Below, piece after piece: positions 36,815-50,599 of a stretch of 64,000 nucleotides of DNA (the stretch's first letter is position 1; each line of letters opens with the position of its first letter). A model generated the notes under the pieces. The model saw only the letters and a program-made list of their open reading frames with translations. It had not been told where the DNA came from and did no database searches. Origin of the DNA: Eledone cirrhosa (Eukaryota). The position numbers were made by a program, and so were the translations under genes. The DNA is taken from assembly GCA_964016885.1 (NCBI GenBank), contig OZ024751.1:47988001-48052000 (forward strand), in the 5' to 3' direction.

Positions 36815-37730
36815 GTAGGGAGAGAGATATTAGAGAGTGAGGGAGAGATAATAGAGAGATATTAGAGAGTGGAAGAGAGTAGGGAGAGAGATATTAGAGA
36901 GTGAGAGAGACATAGTAGAGAGATATTAGAGAGTGGGAGAGAGTAGGGAGAGAGATATTAGAGAGTGAGAGAGACATAGTAGAGAGATATTAGAGAGTGG
37001 GAGAGAGTAGGGAGAGGGATATTAGAGAGTGAGAGAGATAGTAGAGAGATATTAGAGAGTGGGAGAGAGTAGGGAGAGAGATATTAGAGAGTGAGAGAGA
37101 GATAGTAGAGAGATATTAGAGAGTAGGGAGAGAGATATTAGAGAGTGAGAGAGAGATAGTAGAAAGATATTAGAGAGTGGGAGAGAGATATTAGAGAGTG
37201 AGAGAGAGATAGTAGAGATATTAGAGAGTGGGAGAGAGATATTAGAGAGTGAGAGAGAGATAGTAGAGAGATATTAGAGAGTGAGAGAGAGATATTAGAG
37301 AGTGAGAGAGAGATAGTAGAGAGATATTAGAGAGTGAGAGAGAGATAGTAGAGAGATATTAGAGAGATAGTAGAGAGATATTAGAGAGTGGGAGAGAGTA
37401 GGGAGAGAGATATTAGAGAGTGAGAGAGAGATAGTAGAGAGATATTAGAGAGTGGGAGAGAGTAGGGAGAGAGATATTAGAGAGTGAGAGAGAGAGTAGG
37501 GAGAGAGAGTAGGGAGAGAGAGTAGGGAGAGAGATATTAGAGAGTGGGAGAGAGTAGGGAGAGAGATATTAGAGAGTGAGAGAGAGATAGTTGAGAGATA
37601 TTAGAGAGTGGGAGAGAGTAGGGAGAGAGATATTAGAGAGTGGGAGAGAGTAGGGAGAGAGATATTAGAGAGTGAGAGAGAGATAGTAGAGAGATATTAG
37701 AGAGTGGGAGAGAGTGAGAGGAGAGATAGA
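36815..37730. repeat. GA-rich compound minisatellite
   Basis: GATATTAGAGAGTG / GAGAGTAGG units. Confidence 0.9.
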
Positions 37731-37896
37731 ACATTCTATATGACATTCTAGCAACTAATTCTGCCAGTTCACTACCCTGCCCCTCTCTAGTATATATACC
37801 CACAGATGTATATATATATACATATATATATATACACACAGGTGTATAATAAATAATTACTAAGATGTTAATTAGCAGCTAATATATATACATATA

Positions 37897-37952
<56 letters not shown>

Positions 37953-38299
37953 GGTGTATAATAAATAATTACTAAGATGTTAGTTAGCAGGTAATATATA
38001 TATACATATATATATATATATACACACACACAGGTGTATAATAAATAATTACTAAGATGTTAGTTAGCAGGTAATATATATATATATATATATATACATG
38101 TGTGTATGTTTGTGTGTGTGTATATATATATATATATACATGTGTGTATGTTTGTGTGTGTGTATATATATATATATACATACACACAATAAGATTTCTA
38201 AAATAAGTAATTACTCAGATGTTAGTTAGCAAAATGTGTGTATGTGTGTAAATGTGTGTAAATGTGTGTGTATGTGAATGTGTGTGTGAATGTGTGTGT

Positions 38300-38627
38300 G
38301 AATGTGTGTGTGAATGTGTGTTAAGGTCTTAGTTAGCACTGTGTGTGTATGTGAATGTGTGTGTGTGTGTGTGTGTGTTATTAAGGTGTTAGTTAGCACT
38401 GTGTGTGTGTATGTGAATATGTGTGTGTGTGTGTGTTATTAAGGTGTTAGTTAGCACTGTGTGTGAATGTGTGTGTGTGTGTGTGTGTTATTAAGGTGTT
38501 AGTTAGCACTGTGTGTGTGTGTGAATGTGTGTGTGTGTGTGTGTTATTAAGGTGTTAGTTAGCACTGTGCGTGAATGTGTGTGTGTGTGTGTGTGTTATT
38601 AAGGTGTTAGTTAGCACTGTGCGTGAA

Positions 38628-38658
<31 letters not shown>

Positions 38659-38744
38659 AAGGTGTTAGTTAGCACTGTGTGTGTATGTGTGTGTGTGTGT
38701 GTGTGTGTTATTAAGGTGTTAGTTAGCACTGTGTGTGTATGTGA

Positions 38745-38782
<38 letters not shown>

Positions 38783-38870
38783 AAGGTGTTAGTTAGCACT
38801 GTGTGTATATGTGAATGTGTGTGTGTGTATGTGTGTGTTATTAAGCTGTTAGTTAGCACTGTGTGTGGAT
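38300..38870. repeat. Minisatellite: TTATTAAGGTGTTAGTTAGCACT + variable (GT)n
   Basis: ~10 constant 23-mers separated by (GT)n of varying length. Confidence 0.9.
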
Positions 38871-39097
38871 GTATACGTGTTACAATAACACATTACTAAG
38901 GTGTTAGCAATATATTTGTGTGTGTGTGTGTGTGTGTGTGTCAATGTCAATATATATATGCATATGTGTGTGTCAATGTCAGTATATATAAATATATATA
39001 TATGTGTGTGTGTGTCAATGTCAGCATATATATATATATATGTGTGTGTGTGTCAATGTCAGAATATATATATATGTGTGTGTGTGTCAGTGTATAT

Positions 39098-39425
39098 ATC
39101 ATCATCATCATTTCATTTTACGTCTGCTTTTCCCTGCTTGCAAGGGTGGGACGGGAACTGATGCTGGCTTGATTTCTACAGCTGGATGCCCTTCTTAACA
39201 CCAACCTCATTTACAGTGAGTGCTGGGTGCTTTTTTTTCCGTGGCACCTCCACGACCACTTTGCAGTGGAATGATATGGACCCTAGTCCTATCATCTCAT
39301 TTCTACAGCTGAGTAAACTGGAGCAATGTGAAATGAAGTGTCTTGCTCAAGGTAATAACACATCACCCGGTCTGAGAATTGAACTCACAACCTTTCGATT
39401 ACAAGGCCAATGCTCTAACCACTAA

Positions 39426-39430
<5 letters not shown>
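39098..39430 (-). mobile_element. SINE family A
   Basis: Matches 15828-16166. Confidence 0.85.
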
Positions 39431-39461
<31 letters not shown>

Positions 39462-39494
39462 CGTGTGTGTATGTATGTATGTGTGTGTGTGTCA

Positions 39495-39540
<46 letters not shown>

Positions 39541-39546
<6 letters not shown>

Positions 39547-39845
39547 GTGAGGGTTTTTTTACAAAATGAAAAATAACCGAGGTGTCCTACACGAGTGAAA
39601 GTATAAAGAAAAAAGATGAAATCGAAAATGCAACTGGAGTCTTATTTTTAAAAAAATATATTTATTTGGTTCCTTTACCAGTTCCGCAGTTCTTTTGCTT
39701 TTCAAAAGTAGAGTTGAGATGGAGGGTCGGTGGTTTTTCTCACATTTGAAAAGCAGAAGAACTGCGAAACCGGTAAAGGAACCAAATAAATATATTTTTT
39801 TTAAAATAAGACTCCAGTTGCATTTTCGATTTCATCTTTTTTTGT
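39541..39845. mobile_element. Fold-back element centred on a putative hammerhead stem II
   Basis: Arms ~39606-39705 and ~39746-39845; right arm reads ACTGC-GAAA-CCGG-TA-AAGGAACC. Confidence 0.65.
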
Positions 39846-39970
39846 TTCATCATCATCCTCGTTTAACATCCACTTTCCACGCTAGCATGGGTTATATATA
39901 TATATATGTGTGTGTGTGTCAGTGTGTATATATATATACATATATATATGTATGTGTGTGTGTGTCAGTG

Positions 39971-40013
<43 letters not shown>

Positions 40014-40045
40014 CAGTGTATATATATATATATATGTGTGTGTCA

Positions 40046-40101
<56 letters not shown>

Positions 40102-40166
40102 CAGTGTATATAGGTGTGTGTGTGTGTCAGTGTATATATATATATATGTATGTGTGTGTGTCAATG

Positions 40167-40211
<45 letters not shown>

Positions 40212-40339
40212 AAGTGTATATATGTGTGTGTGTGTGTGTGTGTCAGTGTATATATATATATATATATGTGTCAGTGTGTTACAATAAAAACAAACAAGTC
40301 AGAACTGTATCAATTTTCAGGTCACTATTGTCTCAATCA

Positions 40340-42556
40340 CCACCACCAATACCACCAATACCCTCACCACCATCATCACTAATAGCACCACCACATCACC
40401 ACCAATACCACCACCATCACCACCATCACCACTAATACCACCACCATCATCACCACTAATACCACCACCATCACCACCATCATCACCAATACCACCACCA
40501 TCATCACCAATACCAACATCATCACCACCAATACCACCACCATCACCACTATCACCACCAATACCACCACCATCACCACCAATACCACCACCATCACCAC
40601 TATCACCACCAATACCACCACCATCACCACCAATACCACCACCATCACCACCAATACCACCACCATCATCACCAATACCAACACCATCACCACTAATACC
40701 ACCACCATCATCACCACAAATACCACCACTATCACCACTAATACCACCACCACCATCACCACCATACCACCACCACCACCACCACCATCACCACCACCAC
40801 TACCATCACCACTACCAATACCACCACCAATACCACCACCATCACCACTATCACCACCAATACCACCACCATCACCACCAATACCACCACCATCACCACC
40901 AATACCACCACCATCATCACCAATACCAACACCATCACCACTAATACCACCAACATAATCACCACAAATACCACCACCATCACCACTAATACCACCATCA
41001 CCACCAATACCACCACCACCATCACCACCACCACCATCACCACCACCACTACCATCACCACTACCAATACCACCACCAATACCATCACCAATACCACCCT
41101 CACCACCATCACTACCATGATCTCCACAGCCATCACCATCGCCACCACCTTCACCACTAATACTACCACCATTACTATGATCACCCCCACACACACACCC
41201 ATCGTCATCATCATCACCACCAGCAACAACAGCATCATGAAAATCAAATCATTATAGCAACCACTTTGGATGTGGGGTGGGGGATTATTCACTATATTCA
41301 ATACCTAAGTCACCATATCAACCTTCACCATGACAACCACTAATACCACATAACCACCACCACCAACAACAACAACATCAGGCCACCACCACTAACTACT
41401 ACAATAGACATCTCTAATACCACTATTACCTGATCTACTGCCAACAACACCTCAACCACACCCATTACTACCACCACACACCACTACCACAACCATCATC
41501 ACCACCACCACAACCATCAACATTTTAACTAGAACTACCACAACCATCACCACTACCACAACCATCATCACCACCACCACAACCTTCAACATTTCAACCA
41601 AAACCACCATCACCACCACCACCACCACCACCACCACCAACAACATTTTAACCAGAACCCCCACCCCCACTATCACCACCATCAACATTTCAACCACCAT
41701 CACCACCACCGCAACCATCACCATAACCATCACCACCACCACCACCATTGCCACCACCACCACCAACATTTCAACCACTATCACCACCACCACCACCACC
41801 TCAACCACCATCACCACCACTTCAACCAGAACCACCATCACCACCACCACCACCACCACCACCACCATTGCCACCACCACCATCAACATTTCAACCACCA
41901 TCACCACCACCACTTCAACCACCACATCAACCAGAAGCACCATCACCACCACCACCACCACTTCAACCAGAACCACCACCACCACCACCACCATTGCCAC
42001 CACCACCATCACCACCACCATCAACCACCACCACCGCTTCAACCAGAATCCTCACCACCACCACCACCACCATTGCCACCACCACCATCACCACCACCAT
42101 CAACCACCACCACCGCTTCAACCAGAATCCTCACCACCACCACCACCACCATTGCCACCACCACCATCACCACCACCATCAACCACCACCACCGCTTCAA
42201 CCAGAATCCTCACCACCACCACCACCACCACCACCACCATTGCCACCACCACCATCAACCACCACCACCGCTTCAACCAGAATCCTCACCACCACCAACA
42301 TTTCAACCACCATCACCACCACCATTGCCACCACCACCACCATTGCCACCACCACCACCGCTTCAACCAGAATCCTCACCACCACCACTTCAACCACCAT
42401 CACCACCACTTCAACCAGAACCACCAGAACCACCAGAACCACCATCACCACCACTTCAACCAGAACCACCACCACCACCACCACCACTTCAACCACCAAA
42501 ACCACCAGAACCACCACCACCACCACCACCACCACCACCACCACCACCACCACCAC
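40340..42556. repeat. (CAC/CAT/CAA)n degenerate trinucleotide tract
   Basis: Low complexity; similar tracts at ~13860-14055, 24010-24900 and 54350-54870. Confidence 0.9.
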
Positions 42557-43229
42557 CTGCTAGTGAGAACATGGTTACTAAGCATTGTTGAAAATGTTAT
42601 ATAAAGTAATGAAGGTGTTAATAAGGGATTAATTAAAGTGCCAGTCAGGTGTGTGTCCAACAATAGTCATGCAGAACTAAAGTAGAACTAAAGCCACCCA
42701 AGAGCCAGGTGGGGTTGCTAAGGCTTTTGATATCAAACCACCAAAAACAGCCTGAAACTGCTTCTGGTTCTATGGTGCTAAGCTGTTTGTTTTAAAGTGT
42801 CTATATGTATTTATATAACCCGCCCTCATGATTTCACACAAAAACCTTTGTTAAGTTATGTTCCAACAGTGTATAAACGAAAAAGTTATTTTACTAAATC
42901 CTTTCAAATTCTTTCATAGTGTCATTAGGGTTAAAGTAAGCTGCATGTACTCTCAGCTCTTGAATAATTGTCCACCCCAGGGCCTACCACTGAAAATTAC
43001 TTGCCAGACATTGAGTCTACGAGAGTACCTCTACATGGTCATCCAACCTACTAGAAATAGCAAACAAATCTCCCTCCAATCACGTCCTGAAGTCTTAAAA
43101 ACAAGTATATGTTGAATAGTGATTCTGGGTTCCTTGTACATAGGATGGTGACGGGATGGTCATGATTGGAATGCCTGATTGTAGGTCTGCTCGATCAGGG
43201 TATAGTGGTGGTTTGGATATAATATGTAG

Positions 43230-44315
43230 GGTGTAGTGCAGTAGTGACGGATGTTGTGTGGTAGTGTGGAGTGTTGTGTGGGGTGTAGTGTGGAGTGTAG
43301 TGTGGAGTGTAGTGTAGTGTGGAGTGTAGTGTGGAGTGTAGTGTGGAATGTAGTGTGGAGTGTGGTGTAGGGTGGAATGTAGTGTGGGGTGTAGTGTCGG
43401 GTTTAGTGTGGAATGTAGTGTGGAGTGTAGTGTGGAGTGTAGTGTGGAGTTTAGTGTGGAGTTTAGTGTGGAGTTTAGTGTGGAGTTTAGTGTGGAGTTT
43501 AGTGTGGAGTTTAGTGTGTAGTGTAGTGTGGAGTGGAGTGTGGAGTGTAGAGTGGAGTGTGGGGTGTAGTGTGGGGTGTGGTGTGGGGTGTAGTGTGGAA
43601 TGTAGTGTGGAATGTAGTATGGAGTGTAATGTGTAGTGTAGTGTGGGGTGTAGTGTGGGGTGTAGTGTGGGGTGTAGTGTGGGGTGTAGTGTAGGGTGTA
43701 GTGTGGGGTGTAGTGTTTAGGGTGCAGGTGTAGTGTGGTTGAAGTGTGGTCGTGTAGATGTAGTGTGGTTGTCTGGGTATGTTGTGTGGAGTGTAGTGTG
43801 GAGTGTAATGTGGTGGTGTCACTATGTAGTGTGGAGTGCAGTGGTGTTGGATGTAGTGTGGTGGTTTGGGTATGTTGTGTGGAGTGTAGTGTGGTTGTGG
43901 TGGCAGTGTGTGGGTATATTGTCCGGGGGTTTAGATGTGGTGTGGTTTTGTAGGTGTAGATGTAGTGTGATAGTGTAGGTGTAGATGTAGTGTGGTAGTG
44001 TAGGTGTAGATGTAGTGTGGATGTAGATGTGGTGTGGTAGTGTAGGTGTAGATGTAGTGTGGATGTAGATGTGGTGTGGTAGTGTAGGTGTAGATGTAGT
44101 GTGGTGGTGTAGGTGTAGATGTGGTAGAGAAACACCATTAAAAATGGTAGGGAGGGCGTTAAAATGATAGGGAGGGCATTAAAAAGATAGGGAGGGCATT
44201 AAAATGGTAGGGAGGGCATTAAAATGGTAGGGAGGGCATTAAAATGGTAGGGAGGGCATTAAAATGGTAGGGAGGGCATTAAAATGGTAGGGAGGGCTTT
44301 AAAATGGTAGGGAGA
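43230..44315. repeat. (GTGTA/GTGGA)n tract followed by a 20-bp ATTAAAATGGTAGGGAGGGC array
   Basis: Directly visible. Confidence 0.9.
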
Positions 44316-44604
44316 GTTTTAGAAATGTTAACTAGAAATAATTATGGTATGAAAGGAAAAATAAAACAAAACAATATTATTTAATGACTATTATTGTTCC
44401 AATTATTTGAGCAAGTATGGGGGCGTGTTTCAGCCATATGACCTCATCAGCAAAGTATAGAATTCCCCATACTTACTGAAGTAGTGATGAGAGAATCGCA
44501 GAGTAAATGTGCAGGATTATATACTGATTAGTGTAGGTGAAAAGATTTGTTCAGATTGGTATAGAGTAAAAGAATTAATAAAAGATTAAATTTCAAATAA
44601 AATT

Positions 44605-44636
<32 letters not shown>

Positions 44637-44687
44637 TGAATTATATATATTTATGTATATATATATACATATAAATATTTTACTTAC

Positions 44688-44699
44688 ACCAACCAGTAG
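44688..44699 (-). CDS. Candidate 12-nt endophilin-A microexon (LLVG if phase 0)
   Basis: ttgttttttcttatacag|CTACTGGTTGGT|gtaagtaa; gene strand, frame-preserving. Confidence 0.35.
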
Positions 44700-45235
44700 C
44701 TGTATAAGAAAAAACAATAATATGTATTTATATAGCTCATATAAAAGTGAATATATGTAAGTATGTATATATGTAAGTATGTATATATGTATGTATGTAT
44801 ATATGTAAATATGAATATATATGTAGGTAGGTAGATATATATATATGTTCCAAGCTTTTCAACAAGAAATCATAAGCTATATAACTTTCTCTTATACTTT
44901 CTAGAAACCCTGGGTAGGCCAGGTATAGCTCCTAGTATGTATGTGTATCCCTTTATATTCAGAGTTTAAATCCAGCCAAGCTTAGCTTTGCTTTCCATCC
45001 TTACAGGGAATATGTTGATAAAATAAAGTACCAGTAACACACTGGGGTCGATTTAATCAACTTCACCCTTCCTTTCAAATTGCTGGCCTTTTGTGAAACA
45101 TAGAAACAATTATTAAATATATGAAATATGAATAATAACAGGTGTCTGTATGTGTTAAGACATGAAGAGAGATGTTAAATCGAGTGGAATGTCTACACCC
45201 CATCAGTCCTGTATAGATGTACTAAGAGCTTAGAT

Positions 45236-45514
45236 CAGGAATGGACAACTTTTTCAAGAAGTGGGCTGCATGAGATATGGCTCATCATCAGATGGGCTGC
45301 AAGCGCTAATTTACATTTATGCCCACATTAAAAAAAAGGAGTGGTAACTCAGGTTGTTTTGATTTGTTTCTTCAGAATTCGTACATGTTTTCCTCGATCG
45401 TAAAAATGAGAGAAAAATAAATTACGACAGAAATGTTGAGGTAAAAAGATCAGAAAGATTTCACTTAGGTGTGCCATTCAGAAAGGTTCGCGGGCTGCAG
45501 GTTGCCCATGACTG
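45236..45514 (+). mobile_element. hAT-type MITE
   Basis: Imperfect TIRs CAGGAATGGACAAC / GTTGCCCATGACTG with a perfect 8-bp TSD GCTTAGAT. Confidence 0.85.
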
Positions 45515-45586
45515 GCTTAGATGATAGCTTCCTACAATAGATGTTCCCACATCACACCACAGAAACCCTGTATATATATACTAAGA

Positions 45587-45732
45587 CAGGCGTGGGCAAC
45601 CTTTTATGAGCAGTGGGCCACATAGGAGGTTGCTCATCAGAAGGCAGACTGCATTACTAATAATTTCAAGGCAATTTTGTAATTAGGTGTGCCATTCAGA
45701 AGGCCAAATGGGTCACAGTTTGCCCATGACTG
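45587..45732 (+). mobile_element. hAT-type MITE, shorter relative
   Basis: CAGGCGTGGGCAAC / TTTGCCCATGACTG; degenerate 8-bp TSD (TACTAAGA/CACTACGA); shares TTAGGTGTGCCATTCAGAA with 45236-45514. Confidence 0.75.
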
Positions 45733-45799
45733 CACTACGAGATTAGATGACACGTTCCCACAATAAATGTATACACATTACACCATAGCGGTCCAGTAC

Positions 45800-47060
45800 A
45801 GATACACTACAGCAGCCCTGTATAGAAACACTAAGACCTTAGGTGACCTCTTCCCACAATAAATGTTCCCACACCACACCACAGCAGCCCTGTATAGATA
45901 CATTAAGACCTTAGGTGACCTCTTCGCACGATAAATGTTCCCACACTACACCACAGCAGTCCCGTATAGATACACTAAAACCTTAGGTGACCTCTTCCCA
46001 CGATAAATGTTCCCACACCACAGCAGCCCTGTATAGAAACACTAAGACCTTAGGTGACCTCTTCCCACAATAAATGTTCCCAAACCACACCACAGCAGCC
46101 CTGTATAGAAACACTAAGACCTTAGGTGACCTCTTCCCACAATAAATGTTCCCACACCACAGCAGCCCTGTATAGAAACACTAAGACCTTAGGTGACCTC
46201 TTCCCACAATAAATGTTCCCAAACCACACCACAGCAGCCCTGTATAGAAACACTAAGACCTTAGGTGACCTCTTCCCACAATAAATGTTCCCACACCACA
46301 GCAGCCCTGTATAGAAACACTAAGACCTCAGGTGACCTCTTCCCACAATAAATGTTCCCAAACCACACCACAGCAGCCCTGTATAGAAACACTAAGACCT
46401 CAGGTGACCTCTTCCCACGATAAATGTTCCCACACTACACCACATCAGTCCTGTATAGAGACACTAAAACCTTAGGTGACCTCTTCCCACAATAAATGTT
46501 CCCACACCACACCACAGCAGCCCTGTATAGAGACACTAAGACCTTAGGTGACCTCTTCCCACAATAAATGTTCCCACACCACACCACAGCAGCCCTGTAT
46601 AGAGACACTAAAACCTTAGGTGACCTCTTCCCACAATAAATGTTCCCACACCACACCACAGCAGCCCTGTATAGAGACACTAAGACCTTAGGTGACCTCT
46701 TCCCACAATAAATGTTCCCACACCACACCACAGCAGCCCTGTATAGAGACACTAAAACCTTAGGTGACCTCTTCCCACAATAAATGTTCCCACACCACAC
46801 CACAGCAGCCCTGTATAGAGACACTAAGACCTTAGGTGACCTCTTCCCACAATAAATGTTCCCACACCACACCACAGCAGCCCTGTATAGAGACACTAAG
46901 ACCTTAGGTGACCTCTTCCCACAATAAATGTTCCCACACCACACCACAGCAGCCCTGTATAGAGACACTAAGACCTTAGGTGACCTCTTCCCACAATAAA
47001 TGTTCCCACACCACACCACAGCAGCCCTGTATAGAGACACTAAGACCTCAGGTGACATCT
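45800..47060. repeat. 72-bp (and 67-bp) minisatellite
   Basis: Unit GACACTAAGACCTTAGGTGACCTCTTCCCACAATAAATGTTCCCACACCACACCACAGCAGCCCTGTATAGA. Confidence 0.95.
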
Positions 47061-47167
47061 CAATAAAATAAAATCAATCATGAGAACTGAAAAGGATCAT
47101 AATATTGATAGATTTAATGGCATGGTTATTAACACATTGTACACACACACACACGTAGACACAGATA

Positions 47168-47200
<33 letters not shown>

Positions 47201-47249
47201 GATATACATACATATATATACACACACACTCACTATTCCTTTGCATGTG

Positions 47250-47289
<40 letters not shown>

Positions 47290-47359
47290 AACACACATAG
47301 ACACAGATAATATATATACTCACACACTGACGCCCTGTTCCTTTGCATGTATGAATGAA

Positions 47360-47407
<48 letters not shown>

Positions 47408-47671
47408 CACACACACACACACACACACACTGTTCCTTTGCAGGTTTCCATATTTGTTGTAACGATTGTATTTACAGGTGAATGACTTAACCAATAGCCA
47501 ATAAAGTGTATAATATATAGTCATACAGTCATGACATACACGCATATATCTATACACACACACACACATGTATGTATGTATGTATGCATGTATATACACA
47601 CACGTCCACCCATATGCACTCAACTATCAACATCTATGAGGTACAACTCTAACATAAAACACACATATCAT

Positions 47672-47707
<36 letters not shown>

Positions 47708-47854
47708 AATAAACGGGCTGTGCAGTTGCAGGATAAGGTATACTTATAAAAAGAGGAAAGCAAGAACGGGAGAAAATTTTCCTTCACCAGTTGTCTGCTG
47801 GGGGGGGGGGGGGGGTCTTGGACATTTCAATTACTCTTTTACCTGTCCCAGCCA

Positions 47855-48185
47855 ACCAGCTGAGGCCATACATATATGTGACTAACCCCACTGAAAAGTT
47901 TCGTGAAATGGTCTTTTAAGACTATATAGTGCATTTGTAGTTTTCCCCAAATTGATGGTTAAGTATTACTTCTTGATTTTATTTTGAATTAAGATTGTAT
48001 TGCTTTTTCCCCAACTTACACAAAGTCTGAGGATAAAGTTTTTCTTCTTGATTTGTTTTGAATTAAGATTGTATTACTTTTCCCTCATTTTACATTAAAC
48101 ATTTTTTTCATCTTGATGGTATAATCACTTATATGCCTGAATTATTGTTGGCATTCTGCTTACATTAATTTTATTTTCATTTATA
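47855..48185 (+). mobile_element. Diverged relative of the 17202-18105 retrozyme-like family
   Basis: GTGACTAACCCCACTGAAAAGTTTCGT-GAAA-TGGTCTT TT AAGACTA-TA and downstream similarity. Confidence 0.7.
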
Positions 48186-48214
48186 TATTTATATATTTAT
48201 ATATTTATATATAT

Positions 48215-48515
48215 TGGTACCACAACATCCAGTCCGAACACAAATGAGGTCGTGTAGGTGTCACGACAAAAAAAAAAAAAACACACAGTCCACGCTGTAA
48301 TGTGGCCGTGTAGATAACACGGTAAAAACCTCCCAGTCCACACTGTCAACGTGGTTGGTGTTAGGAAGGGCATCCAGCCGTAGAAAACCCGCCAGACAGT
48401 CCTATATGAGCAGGACAACAAATCTTGCCTCAAGTGGGAAAACTCCCGTCCAAACCCATGCAAGCGTGGAAGATGGACGTTAAACGATGATGATGATGAT
48501 GATGATGATAATGAT
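48215..48515 (+). mobile_element. RTE LINE 3' UTR fragment
   Basis: Reverse complement of the 60820-61100 region; (GAT)n tail. Confidence 0.8.
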
Positions 48516-48733
48516 GGAAGTGTGGTAAGGAACCAGATGGACCATAACGCACCAGAGTACTCAATACATTAGTAGAGTGGGTAATAGGAAAATGTTTGAC
48601 CCCGACGGCAGAGCTCAAGCCGTTTCGATGGCTATTTCTAGACTAAATTAGAATTTTTTCAAAAAATTCTAATTTAGTCCAAAAATAGCCGTCGAAACGG
48701 CTTGAGCTCTGCCGTCGGGGTCTAATATTTTCC

Positions 48734-48735
<2 letters not shown>
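48516..48735. mobile_element. Fold-back hammerhead-family element
   Basis: Palindrome centred ~48660; GAAA-CGGC TTGAGCTCT GCCG-TC-GGGGTC on both strands. Confidence 0.7.
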
Positions 48736-48765
<30 letters not shown>

Positions 48766-49133
48766 TATTACACACACATACATATATTACACACACACAG
48801 TTTATTGGTTCACCAGTTTGAGCACTGGAGGCCTCAGTGAGTCTGGTTTCCTATGTAATATTATATATTTGGTATTACACTGTTGCTGGTGTCGTTAACA
48901 AAGCAGAGTGTTAATAATAACAATAATAATAAGGAGTAGGACTGAGGTATCAAAGAAGCATCATTATGTATATTCACATGATATCCACAAGTCTGACAGG
49001 CTATTGATTCTGGAGTTGTACCTTGAACTGATCGATTGCAAAATACACTTCAACATATTGATGGCATTTTGATACCTTGTTCCTACTCCATATCCATATT
49101 ATTTATGTATATATGTATATATGTATATATGTA

Positions 49134-49195
<62 letters not shown>

Positions 49196-50599
49196 CATTA
49201 TTATTATCATTATTACGTACGGTGAATTGGCAGTATCGGTAGAGGGTCGGACATGCTTTCTAGCATAGTTACGTCCCTTTACGATCTGAGTTCAAATCCC
49301 GGCGAGGTTAACTTTGCCTTTCATCCTTACGGGGTCGATAAAATAAAGTACCAGTAATGTAATTGCTGGCCTTGTGCCAAGAGTAGAAACAATTATCATT
49401 ATTATTATTATGATCATCATCATCATATATAATATATATGATGATTTCCTTTGAATAAAACAGTTCTAGTTCCATAGAAGCCATTTCTATATTTACTAAT
49501 GTATTGAGTACCTTACTTACCATGATTACCCCCCCCACCACCACCCACCCACCCACCCATTGAACCCAGGATTCATATATATATATATAGAAGGAACAAG
49601 GGGCTGTGTGTTTACTCGATAAAGTGTATTTAGAAATAAAAGGAAAGCACAAACAAGGGACAGGTCCCTTTATATATATATATATATATACACACACACA
49701 GACATATAATTATATATAATATAATTATCATTGATTAACATCCATTTTCCCTGCTAGCATGGGCTGGATGTATCCTCATGGACCAGTCTTTACTCAAACA
49801 CACACACAATATTTGACAGAAAATACTCCAAACATACTCCACTAAAATTAGATATTAAACTGCACAAGGAGGGGTCAACTACACATTAAAATAATTACTG
49901 AAGAGATGAAACTAAATAGCAGAAGATATTTAAACCAAGTCTGCCACTCCCACCTCCTTTTAATATACATAAAATATTAATACATATTTCACATTCTTCA
50001 TAGTCAGTACTACTACTACTAATATTATTATTATTAGCTTTTGTTGTTTCTTTTTCATCAAATGGAAATTTAATAAGCTAATTCTCTCTCCAACTCCTGA
50101 GTAAGCAAAAAATTCTACATCAAGCATCTTTACAGTTGTTGGATATTGTAAAATTAGGTCAGCCAACATGAAATATCTTACAAGAATCTGACTTTTGAAA
50201 CCAAGAAGGGGAGAGGAAGAAACAAAAGTAATATTTAAAAAAAAACCAATAACAAACAAACAAAAATGATTGATGAATGTTAAATTTTCTTTAAATTCTA
50301 TTTCCCTTTTCACCCAATTCTTGGTAAAATTATTTTTTTAATTTTGTTTTTTTTTCTTCTTGATTTTTAGTTTGTTGATGTAGGTATACTAAAATATTAG
50401 GGGAAGGGAACCTATCAATGATTGCAACACTTAAAAGGAAACTCCAGCTTAGTTTACACATAAAAGGGATCTCCTACTTGGTCACACATAAAAAGGGATC
50501 TCCTACTTGGTCATATTTCCTGTTAACAATAAAGAAAAAAAAAAATCTATCTCAGACTTTACACTATGGAAGTGGGCTGACCTAGGGTGAAACAACAGC

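Noticed and set aside
38300-38870. CRISPR-like constant repeat with variable spacers (also 61572-61752)
   Set aside because: The spacers are (GT)n or (TA)n microsatellites, the context is eukaryotic and there are no cas genes
40379-42604. Gly-, Pro-, His- and Val-rich ORFs resembling structural proteins
   Set aside because: Open in several frames on both strands because of (CAC)n low complexity; lies in intron-like DNA
46435-47058. 207-aa Cys/Trp repeat ORF
   Set aside because: 72-bp tandem repeat that happens to lack stops in one frame
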